Both the position numbers and the translations under genes were made by a program. Shown here piece by piece: positions 26,823-45,372 of a DNA stretch of 64,000 bases. Position 1 is the first letter of the stretch, and the number at the start of each line of letters is the position of its first letter. The notes beneath the pieces are model-generated. The model was not told where the DNA came from. It saw only the letters and a list, made by a program, of their open reading frames with translations, and made no database searches. The stretch lies in the NCBI GenBank assembly GCA_964247055.1, contig OZ176057.1, positions 3,782,001 to 3,846,000 of the forward strand. The letters are read 5' to 3'. Source of the DNA: Paragordius varius. Lineage: Eukaryota; Animalia; Nematomorpha.

Positions 26823-27038
26823 CAGAAAATGAGTAAACATTGCTAGTTTTGAGTAAATATACATTGCTAGACAGTTATTAATTTTTGCCAAATAGTAAAT
26901 ACAACAAAGGGGGCAGTATTATTGGCTTATAATTATTTTTCACTTTTTGCTATTATTAACCAATAATACTGCCTTTTGTTGTATTTAGTATTTGGCAATA
27001 ATTAATAACTTTCTAGCAATGTATACTTACCCATACTG
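26823..27038. mobile_element. MITE family E, copy 2
   Basis: Homologous to 6937-7140. Ends CATACTG|TA. Confidence 0.7.
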
Positions 27039-27288
27039 TAAATATAAGGCATAGCAAAGAGCATTTTTATTATTGCGTAATAACAGTAAAACGCAGGAAA
27101 AATAATTAGAGGTCAATTATATTGCCCTTTGCTTTATATTCTATCTGGAATGTAAAAACTAACCATGTCTGCTTATTCATACTATTATAAAATATTTAAT
27201 AAATTATTTCAAACATTGATCTTTTCAAAGTTTACTGTATAATTAATTTTACAAATTACAAATAAATTTTAAAGTGATATATGCGCCA

Positions 27289-34580
<7,292 letters not shown>

Positions 34581-34660
34581 AACTGAATCGAAGGATCAAA
34601 ATTTTCATACTTTCATTATATACGGCATGGCAGTTTTCGCTCACATATGAGATTTTTGAA
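34581..34660. promoter_or_regulatory. 80-bp head-to-head interval between the NDUFS7 and SREK1-like start codons
   Basis: In-frame stops upstream of both ATGs (34580 on -, 34661 on +) exclude unspliced N-terminal extensions. Promoter function is inferred. Confidence 0.6.
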
Positions 34661-35079
34661 ATGATGCTTGAACCAAATAAAAGTCGAATTATTCAGGCTT
34701 CTAACTTATCGCTAAGTGCAACACAGGAACAAATTATTACATTGTTTGGTTTTCTTGGCCATATTGAAGATTACAAGTTGTTTAAATATATGTAAGTACA
34801 ATCTTTTGTTGATTTTTAACTTTTATTGCAGTCAGAAAGCTCCCGATGAACCAACCGAAACGGATGAAAGGCAAGTATGTTACGTTAAATACAAAGATCC
34901 GGCCAGTGCACAAATTGCGCAACACTTAACAAATACAGCGTTTTTGGATAAAGCCTTAAACATTGCCATTTATCTAAAAGGTAAATTGCTCTATTTGACT
35001 AAGGTTTACGACTTAATTAATAAAACATTTGTAGCAACAAGTTTTTATATAAAGTCGGTTTTTCTAAAGTTTCAAGCTA

Positions 35080-35110
<31 letters not shown>

Positions 35111-38100
35111 CGATTATATTTAATTCAAGAATTGGATTATTTTTTCTTTAGATTACTATTCTAACCATAACCTTTTATTCATGAAAATTAATATCAACAA
35201 ATTTAAAATTCCAAAATTGTTTTTTTTAATTTTCTTATAAATAACTTTCATTATTTATCTTAAGGTTATCGTTTTTTTTTTAAATAACCATATAATTTCC
35301 AGAAGCTATGCCAGAAAATTTGGACACTTCTCTAGTTTGTGATAGTTCAACATCACTCCTTATACCATCAGCCACTTGGCCAGTCCATGTAGTTCACCAA
35401 GTTTGTATTATTTCTTTTTTTTGTGGTCTTATTAAGTTTTTATATATTATTATGGTATAAATAAAGTGTTTTTTACTCAAATCTATCTAATTGTTACCAT
35501 ATTAAAACTGGAATTACAAAGATGTTCAATTCGCAATATTATAAGTCTCATAATAAAACTTTAAAAGTTTATTTGATTTTTATTTATTAGCGATTCTGTG
35601 CTCATCATCACAATTGATTTATGTCATAGATTTTATTATAACAATTTTGACTTTCCAATATATTACATACTTAATAATTTTTGACACCCAAAATTTTTAA
35701 ATTAATGGTTTTGGTAATGAAGAATTTATTGTAAATAACATTTTTGTAGAAAAAAAACTGCATGTTTTGCAAAAATATGGACCCGATTTGTTTCAACATC
35801 GTTTTTATTATTAATCGGTTACAAAAAGGTTTATTTTAAGTTCTTTTTTTATGAAAATTCCTTAAATTTTTCCATAGATTAACGGTTTCGGTAAAGTAAT
35901 GAACCCTATTTGTTTCAACATTATATTTAAATATTAATCGGTTACAAAAAAGGTTTATTTATAATTTTTTTTCGAAAAATCCCTCAAAATTTTTAAATTA
36001 ACGGTTTCGGTAAGGACTTTATTGTAAAATAACCATTTATTTTTATGGAAAAAAATGTATGTTTTGCACAAATATGAACCCGATTTGTTTCAACATCATT
36101 TAAAAATGTTAGTTTATTTTAAAATCTTTTTTTCCAAAAAATTTCTTAAATTTTTCCACAGATTAGCGGTTCTGGGCCATCACAATTAATTCATACCATT
36201 GATCCAACACTGACGACATTGGGTTTACCCCAATATCCGCCCTTAACGGGCATAATGGAATCTTCGCGAGTCGAAGAAATACGAAAAACTATTTACGTTG
36301 GAAATTTGAATTCAAAGGTAAAATCCAACTTTTTTGTTTGAGTTTTAGCTTTTATTTTAAGGTTTTATGGGTGAAAAACACTTTTACGTATGATTATAAC
36401 ATTTACAAATTATAAAAATCACAAAAATTGGTGCAGGGGTATTGTTCCAATGATGCATATATAATATATATACAATTCAAATTTAAATTTACCCTAAAAT
36501 AATTATGTGTTTTTTAAGATTATTTTTTAAATGAAATTTTGTTTGTTATCGTAATAAAAATTATACTGAAAAAATGATAAGCTAAGCCATAAAGATATAT
36601 TTCGTATTAATAATGGGTTATATTAGCCCTAAAATACATAATTATTGTTAGGGTGTGAATTTTTGAATTGTTCAAGGGTGAATTTGAATCGTATGTTTTT
36701 GGGAGAACATATTATTATTTATTTAATTTATAACAGTTGAATGGTCTCTACTATTTATTTCATTTTTCAGAGGGGGGAATTAACTAAATGTTTTTTTATA
36801 ATCTATTATATTTCTAGGTATCTGGTGAGGCTTTGCTAAATTTTTTCAATTCCACCGTTGGAGAAGTTAGTTATGTTCGAATGGCCGGAGATGATAGTCA
36901 ACCCACGAGGTTTGCTTTCGTAGAATTTAGTCGACAAGAATCAATCCCTATCGCTCTGCAAAATAATGGCGTTATGTTGGCTGATAAACCGTTAAAGTAT
37001 GGTTTATATTTTGCTTAAGTATTGCAATTTTACACATTTGAATACCTTTTTAAGGGCGGCATTTTTTATGTCGGTTTTGGGTAGCTTTAGAGCTTTTTTA
37101 AGGCATCTTTATAAGTAGACACAATTCTTTACTTCTGATATTTTGCCTTCAATGGCGAGATGGCTAATAAACCGCTAAAGTATAGTAATTTTACTTTCGA
37201 ATTGCGATTTTGCTTTTTTAACACTAATTATGGGTATATTTTATGTAGGTTTTGGGTGGTTTATAGCTTTAGGCATTTTCGTAAGTATATAGGTTTTACT
37301 TCTGATATTTTGCCTTGCATAACAATGGCGTTAAGTTGGATAATAAACCGTTAAAGTATGGTTTATATTTACTTTAGAATTGCGATTTTACATATTTAAA
37401 GACCTAGGGGAATTTTTTATGTCGGTTTTGGGTGATGTTAAAACTTTTTTATTTTTTAAGGCATTTTTGTAGTTAAGACAGGTTTTACTTCTTATATTTT
37501 GCATAACAATGGCGTTATGTTGGCGGATAAACCGCTAAAGTATGGTTTATATCTTGCTTTAGAATTGCAATTTTGTCATATTTGAACACCTTTTTAGGGG
37601 GATTTTTTATGTCGGTTTTGAATGGTTTTAAAACTTTTTAAGGCATTTACAGGTTTTACTTCTTATATTTTGCTTTGCATAACAATGGCGTTATGTTGGC
37701 TGATAAACCGTTAAAGTATGGTTTATATTTACTATAGAATTGCGATTTTGCGCTTTTTTGACACCTTTTATGTGGGTTTCGGTGGTTTTAAAACTTTTTA
37801 AGGCATTTACAGGTTTTAATTCTTATATTTTGCCTTGCAAAACAATGGCGTTATGTTGGCGGATAAACCGTTAAAGTATGGTTTATTTACTTTAGATTGC
37901 GATTTTGCCTTTTTAGACACCTTTTTAGAGGCATTTTTCATGTTGGTTTTGGATGGTTTTAAAGCTTTTTTATTTTTTAAGGCAATGTAAGTAGACACAA
38001 TTCTTTACTTTTAATTTTTGCATCTAATAAAAAATGGCTGCAAACCGCTAAAGTATGGTTTATTTACTTTAGAATTGCGGTTTTGCCTTTTTTGACACCT

Positions 38101-40825
38101 TTTTAGGGGTATTTTTTATGTGAGTTTTGGGCTTTAAAGCCTTTTTAGGCATTTTCGTAAGTGGACACAATTTTTTTGATATGCATTGCATAACAATGGC
38201 CTCAATTTGGCTAATTAACTGCTTAAGTATCGTTATTTATTTTAAAAATGCGATTTTGCTTTAGGGGCATTTTATATATAAGTTTTGGTTAGTTTTAAAG
38301 CTTTTTGAGGTAGGCAGATTGGTGTTACTTAATATTTTGCTTTGCATAACAATGGCGTTAAGTTGGCTAATAAACTGCTAAAGTATGGTAATTTTACATA
38401 AATTGCGATTTAGCTTTTTTTACACCTTTTTAGGGACATTATTTATGTGAATTTTGGGTAGCTTTAGAGCTTTTTTAATGCATTTTCGGATGTAGACACA
38501 ATTCTTTAATTTTGATATGTTGCCTTTAAATAATGGCGTTTTGACTGATAAACCGCTAAAGTATGGTTTATTTACTTTAGAATTGCGATTTTTGCCTTTT
38601 GACACCTTTTTAGGGGTATTTTTTATGTAAGTTTTGGGTAGCTTTAAAGTAGGCATTTTCGTAAGTGGACACAATTTTTTTGATATGCATTGCATAACAA
38701 TGGCGTTAAGATGGCTAATAAACCGCTAAAATATGGATTTATATGAAATTGCGATTTTGCTTTTTTAACACTTTTTAGGGGGTTTTTTATGTGGGTTTTG
38801 GATGAGTTTGAAGCTTTTTTTTATGACATTTTTGTAAGTAGACACAATTTTTTACTTTTGATATTTTTCTTTCAAAACAATGGCGTTAAGTTGGCTTACA
38901 AACTGCTAAATTTGGATTTTTAAAATGCGATTTTACTTTTTAAACACCTTTTTAAGGATATTTTTTATGTCGGTTTATGGTTTTAAAGATTTTTTTTATT
39001 TTTTAAGGAATTTTTAATTAGACACAATTCTTTAGGTGTTAAGTTAGCCTATTAACTGCTAAAGTATGGATTTTATTTAAAATTTCGATCTTACATTGAC
39101 TTTTTTCATTTTTCTTGGGACTTTTTATAAGTATTTTGTTGTTTAAAAGCGTTATTACGAGGCAGTTTTTTAGTTTTTAAATTGCACATCAATGGCATTA
39201 TGTTGGTTGATTAATCGCTAGAGTATAATTTAATTCCGATCTTTTTTAGTTGTGTGATTGTGTTAGCTTATTTAATCTTTTGTGGATGTCATGTTTTTTA
39301 AGCTTAATGTTGGCCGATAAACCATTTAAATATGATGTTTTTGCTTTTGTTCATCATTTTTTTAATGCAAACTTATATTGTTGTATTCAATAGCTTTTTA
39401 AATGCCATTGTTTTGTAAAATGCAAAACAGTGGTATTATGTTAATTAGTAAATCAATAAAGCTTTTGGTTCATTTTTCTGCCCTTTTTATTGAGTAGTTT
39501 AACTTTGTGGTATAATAATCGTTTTTGGCGTTAAACTGGCCGTTTTTTTAGTTTTTTTGTGGGTTGACCGGCCTCTATTAAGCACCTTTTTCTAATATAG
39601 TTTTTAGCCCTAATTGAAGTAAAGACCGTAAAAATAACCATAATATGTACGATTATCTTAAATTTTATTATCATAGAGCACCAAAAAATTATGTTTTTTG
39701 TCAAATATGTATGCGTTTTAATGGATATGTATGTAAGGAGAAGACATGTTATTTGTAAATCATTTTGAATATTGACCTCTAAAGTCTTGCATATTTTGAA
39801 ACTTATCGCAGTTTTGCTGAATTTTTTTCACGTTTTTATCATATTAGTTTCACGATCTTAACTTCTTTTTATGAGGACAGTTTTGCTTTATTAACATTTA
39901 TTTCGAGGTTTTAATAACTTTTAAGTTTATATTATCATCGGTAAAATCATGTTTTATTGCTTAATTTAATGTAATACCCTTTCCAGTTTTTTTGTGAGTA
40001 CTCTTTGCCACACCACATTTGCGGAGCGAAATTTTTCAACGTCTCATAAACTAAGGATATTAAACTAAGGACCTTGAAATTTCGGAATAAAAAGCTAAAT
40101 AACAAGTGAAATAATTTATTTTGACGTATTAATTTTTAGTTTTGTGTCACTCAAACAATAGTTTTGATGCAAATATTTATAGCCTCGTATTTTTATCACA
40201 ATATGCGATTTTATTATATAGGGAGGAAGGGAATTTTTACATTATTATAATCTTTAATATATACCATTTACAGTTCAAATTCACCCTTGAACAATTAAAT
40301 TTACCCTAAAATAAATTATATGCTTTTTAAACCTATATTTACTGAAGAAATAATAAACTATTCCATAAAAATATATTTCATATTAATGATGAGTTATTAT
40401 ATTAGCCAGAAAACACACAATTTATTTTTAGGGTGAATTTGATTTGTTTAAGGGTTAATTTAAATTGTTTAAGGGTGAATTTGAATATGTGTTCAAGGGC
40501 GAATTTGAATTGGCTTCAAGGGTGAATTTGAATTGTTCAAGGGTGAATTTGAATTGTTTAAGGGTTAATTTGAATTTTTCAAGGGTTAATTTGAATTGTT
40601 CAAGGGTGAATTTGAATTGTTCAAGGGTGAATTTGAATTGTTCAAGAGGGAATTTGAATCGTAAATGATATGTTTATATATGACAGAATTAATCATGCAA
40701 ATAATGCGATTGTAAAACCTAACGCTAAACCATTGGAAGTCGTACAAAAAGAAATTGAAAGAGCACTCCACAAGGTAAAAGAAGTTGAAAGCCTTATTAG
40801 TGCATCTTTGGAAGGTACCTATTTA

Positions 40826-40878
<53 letters not shown>

Positions 40879-43800
40879 GGCAGGTATTTTTTATTTTCCA
40901 TATGCTTATTCAGATTAAATTTAAATAATTTTAATAAAGACTAAAGCAATTGATTGATAAAGAATAACCATTATTTTGATTTTAGTGATTTTTCTGTCTT
41001 CTTGCTTGCTTGCTAAATATTAAAGAAAATTATTTGATGATTTTACTCAAGGTTGATTACAAATGCACATTAGAAAAGTGTAAATAATATCTAGAATTTT
41101 AAAACAGGGATTTACCACACAAATGGCTTCGCGGGCCGCAATGGGCATTAACAAATATTTTATTGGAGTTTGAAATATGAGACTGTAAAAATTACTATTT
41201 GTTTTGATAGGTCATTGTCGGAATCGGAAAGACATATTCAGAAATTTTGTTTAAAATAATCAATTTTATTCTGATTTCTTAAAATTTTGTATTTAAAATT
41301 TCTCGTCGGCTGCAATAAATGCTCGCGTGTTGGACACTCCGGTTTTTAAACATACTTTTACGTGCACCTTGAATACTAAAATAATAAGGTACATTGCGGA
41401 TTCTGAATATACCATTTACAGTTCAAATTCACCCTTTAACAATTCAAATTTAACCTAAAAATAAATTATGTGTTTTTCAACTAATATAATTCATTATTAA
41501 TATGAAATATATCTCTATGCCATAGTTTATTTATTTTAAACAAAATTTTATTTATCCATATAATTTATTTGAATTTTAATTGTTTGAGGGTGAATTTAAA
41601 TTATTCAATGGTTTTGAATCGTAAATGGTATATATAAACAGACACTGCTTTTCATCATATTTATTATTGTGACACAATTATATTATTGGTTATCTGGATA
41701 TTTATTGAATTGATCAAATAATAAAAATGTAATTTATAAATACAGAATCAGAATTAAGCGATAAATGCATTTCATGGCTTTTTAAGCTCATTATATAAGA
41801 CTTTAATAAAATTTAAAGAATAATATATTTACTAAAACAAAAAAATTAAATATATGTATATTTAAAAAATTATGGTACAAAAAACATAATTGTTTTTTTA
41901 CAATAACAAAACTTTTGTACTTGTTATGTTCTTTAATGTCTCTGTAAATATTATTCATTGTTGTTGAATAATAATTTGTATTCTCGTAAAATTTATTAAA
42001 TTCAAACTATATCCAAAATTTTCGATACATGAGAGTATCTTTTTCAATGAATTAATTTCTTTTGTTTTGTTTTAGTTAATCCATTGAAAAAGATACTCTC
42101 ATGTATCGAAAATTTTGGATATAGTTTGAATATTTAATAAATTTTACCAGAATATACAAATTATTATTAAACAACGATAAATATTCGTTCTCATTGACGA
42201 CAATATTATTTATCGCATTGTTTATAACGATAGAAAAAGAGAAGGAACGTAAACGTGAGAAAGAACGAGAGGACCGAGACCGTGAACGCAAACGTGAAAA
42301 AGAACGAGAACGTGAAGCCCGTGCCTTAGAACGCCGGGCTCAACGCAAAAAGCAGGAGGAGGAACGCGAAAGGGAAAAGTCGTTACGGAAAAAAAGACAA
42401 CACAAAAGTCGAACTCGAAGCCAAACTCCAAGTCGGAGTCGAAAAGAACGACGTCGACATCATGATGATGAGAATGATAGAAGAGATTCAACAAGGAGAA
42501 GAATAAGACACCGCGATAAAAGTGGTAGCAGTGATCGTGAAAGACACAGCAAGCATCATCACCATACCACTTCTTCTAAACACCATCATAATAAGAGTAA
42601 ACGTGAAAGGAGTCACCATAAATCCGTACAAGATGAGCCTAGAAAAAAACGAAGTTCAACCCCTCATGTAACATCAACAAATGCGAACATCACTGCCACT
42701 TTATCTCGTTCCGATTCTTTCAATCCATCGACGACCACACGGACTGAAAGAAAAGAGCCAACAAAAACAAGCACGAAACAAGGTGATAGTGCCATTGATG
42801 AAACGAAAACAAGCAAAAGCAAAAATAAAAAAGAAGAAAAACGTAGCAGACGATCACGCGAAAAGTTATCGTCTGTTGAATCACGTACACCTAGTCCCGT
42901 CTTACTATCGCCTTCAATAATCGCCAAAAAAGTCGCAAAACAACAAAATCGTGGTATAACTTTTTTTAGGTTAATTTGAGTTTGATATTTTTGTTAATGT
43001 GAAAAGTTTTATTAGTTGATTTTGTTTTATAAAACGTTTTTGAATTGGTTTATAAAACCGAATTTTAAGAATTTACGTAAGTTTCAATTTATAAGTTTAG
43101 AATACATTAAATATATTATATTTATGATTATTTAGATTCGATGGATGGAGAGATGAAATACAAAGTAAAAAATTATTTTAACCAAATTTATTATAATATC
43201 TAATTTTAATACCCCGTATTTTGAAAACTAAGATACATTGATATTATTATAAATTTTAATAAAACTCTGTTTTGAAAAGACTATTAAATCATATTTTTTT
43301 AATAATTTCTTTTTGCGTTATTTCGTATTTCGCAACTTATTACGATAAGTTATAATTTAAAAAAATCAAAATTTAGATAGCTGTTTTAAAATTGTTTCTT
43401 TAATTTTTACTGTTGTCTGTAAAACTTTTTTATCTATTGAAGTATTCAAGCGGCGAAAATAAAAAATCAGAATCCCCCTATCCTGACGAATATATAGTAT
43501 CTATGCCTCCACCAACTGTACAAAATAATTCTATATCATCACGAAAAGAGTAATTTATTTATAATTTGTATAGTATTTTTTTGTTCAGGGGGTTTAAACC
43601 CAGTTTTTTTAACTTAAAACCTGTATAAACTTCCTGAAAAGAAATGAAACCGCTATTTTTTACAATCTTCAAATGTGTATCTTTTATTTTAGCACATTAC
43701 ATTGTTTTGCTCTATTTTTTTAAAAAAAACACATTTTTGTTATTTTGTAATAGTCAAAAAAGTATATTTTTTAATTTCCAATCAATTTTTTATATTAATT

Positions 43801-44171
43801 TTGTACAAAAAAGTAGCATATTTTTTAAGTATTTTTAATATATATGACTCATGAAACAAAATGGCTACAAAATATGTAAAAATGTGAACAGAAAATCAAA
43901 TTACAACCGTGCTAAAATAAGTTAGATATCATTTTTTTACCTTTTTATTAAATACATCCAAATAAAATGAGGGGATTTACCTAACAATTGCGGTTAGTAA
44001 TAAAAATAATTTAAAGATTTTGAAAAAGAGAAAATTTGAAATAAAAATTAATTTATAATTCATACTTACTATGACTTTTTTTAACATAGGGTTCGAAAAT
44101 CTAATCCTGAATCATTGAATGAAACACTCATGCAAAAATTGGAACAATTGGAAAAGGAAATGGGTCTTTAA
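34661..44171 (+). CDS. SREK1: SREK1/SRSF11/Srp54-like SR splicing regulator (two RRMs plus an EK/RS-rich tail), 10 exons, ~592 aa
   Basis: Exons 34661-34791, 34832-34980, 35303-35400, 36162-36317, 36818-36996, 40687-40814, 42234-42953, 43136-43164, 43443-43549 and 44090-44171 join in phase. IIQASNLS, VCYVKYKDP..AQHLTNT, IRKTIYVGNLNS, VRMAGDDSQPTRFAFVEF, NGVMLADKPLK|INHANNAIVKP. The last three small exons are less certain. Confidence 0.88.
35690..36175 (+). repeat. Tandem array (three upstream copies, 119-177-bp spacing) derived from the intron-3/exon-4 acceptor junction
   Basis: ATTAA(C/T)GGTTT(C/T)GGTAA at 35701, 35878 and 35997 mirrors the real exon start ATTAGCGGTTCTGG at 36162. Each unit carries an ACCC(G/T)ATTTGTTTCAACAT motif. 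Confidence 0.85.
36470..36695. mobile_element. Family-A foldback element, degenerate (A9)
   Basis: 21-bp units and the family spacer in SREK1-like intron 4. Confidence 0.65.
36953..39470 (+). repeat. ~172-bp tandem array derived from the exon-5/intron-5 donor junction
   Basis: AATGGCGTTATGTTGGCTGATAAACCGTTAAA|GTATGG recurs, with junction positions at ~37180, 37356, 37540, 37716, 37876, 38053, 38227, 38383, 38561, 38731, 38911 and 39064, then degenerate copies to ~39460. Confidence 0.92.
40262..40670. mobile_element. Family-A foldback element with an expanded right-arm array of ~11 units (A10)
   Basis: TACCATTTACAG start and (AAGGGTGAATTTGAATTGTTC)n at ~40430-40660. Ends ~16 bp before the exon-6 acceptor. 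Confidence 0.85.
41105..41342. mobile_element. hAT-Charlie-like MITE
   Basis: CAGGGATTTACCACAC...GTGTTGGACACTCCGG, a GCGGGCCGCA motif, and flanks TTTTAAAA / TTTTTAAA. Confidence 0.5.
41410..41630. mobile_element. Family-A 21-bp foldback element (A11)
   Basis: TA|TACCATTTAC...GTAAATGGTA|TA. Confidence 0.85.
41950..42185. repeat. Inverted repeat (~100-bp arms, 49-bp perfect core) immediately upstream of SREK1-like exon 7
   Basis: 42001-42049 is the exact reverse complement of 42082-42130. The 32-nt loop contains TTTCTTTTGTTTTGTTTTAG. Confidence 0.92.
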
Positions 44172-44289
44172 ATAAAAATTGAATTACAAATTATATAAAT
44201 CTTTTTTTTAGTTTTGTTACATAAATTACACAATTTATGCCATATATCTTATATACAGAAGTCAACGTTTATATAATATATATCATTAA

Positions 44290-44568
44290 CATTTTAAATT
44301 CACCCTCAAACAATTCAGAATTATTATATTCTATGATAAATTATGTGTTTTATTAACAAGTGCCTAAAATCTTTAAAAAGGGAATTTTGCTTAATATTAA
44401 AACAATTCTGAATAAATAATAAAATATGCTGCCAAAAACTATATATTTTATATTAATGATGAGTAGTTATTTGCCCGAACACACATAATTTATTTATTAG
44501 GTTAAATTTGAATTGTTTAAGGTTTAATTTAAATTGTTTAGGGGTGTGAATTTGAATCGTAAATGGTC
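44290..44568. mobile_element. Family-A foldback element (A12)
   Basis: 21-bp units and right end GTAAATGGT followed by (TA)n. Confidence 0.7.
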
Positions 44569-45372
44569 TATATATATATATATATATGCAAGCAGCACAA
44601 TTTTGTCTGAATAGAATAAAATATATGTGATATGAAAGTATAAAAAATGCATCTCATAAATGAAAATGCGCCTACATTACAAAAGCAGTTAAATTAAATA
44701 CATTGTTTGGTTAGGATGTAATGTATATTTGATGGCTAAAAATGCGTTGGATTTAATATATATATATAGATTACTATAGATATTTTGATCAAAAATCTGT
44801 TTTTCTCGTCCATAATTAAAATATTCTTATTATTTCATTGTCTTTTTCGAGGAGATTATAACGTATACACACGCATATTTAAAAATATTTTAGGCATATA
44901 GATTAAAGACTGAATCTTTTTTCGTTATTTCAATTAAACACATTGATGATTTTTTTATTATCCCGATATTTAACAAAAAATATAAAATATTTTTTCAATA
45001 AAAAATACCAAATCTTCTTTAATTTGATTTTTAACTGTGTGATTATCATTGTAATTTTAACCTCTAATACCTATTTTTCTAACACAAAACGGTTTTTTGT
45101 ATTAAGATTTGAAAAGGGCAATTTTTTTTAGAGACAATATAATATTTTACTTTTTTTAATTTATTTTGCTGTATATCTCTAACTCTTAAAAGGATAGATT
45201 TTAGGGCAAAGTTAAATTTAAAATTGTTAAAAAAAATTGGTTATATTTTTTAGTGTTTTTCATATATTTATAAATATTTCTATTAGCCAATATATAATCC
45301 ATATTAAATGGAGTGTAATTAATGATTATAATAAAATTAAATATCATTCATTAATGCGTACAAAAAATTGTT

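Noticed and set aside
37816-38695. Lys-rich, histone-H1-like minus-strand ORFs (37816-37998, 38420-38695)
   Set aside because: Antisense readings of the T-rich donor array, with no globular domain, and open in only some units.
40430-40660. 21-bp arrays as CRISPR-like loci
   Set aside because: The units are contiguous with no unique spacers, there are no cas genes, and the context is a eukaryotic intron inside TIR elements.
42076-42927. Antisense and alternate-frame ORFs over the EK/RS exon (42076-42291, 42222-42494, 42664-42927, 42681-42920)
   Set aside because: Shadow frames of a low-complexity coding exon.
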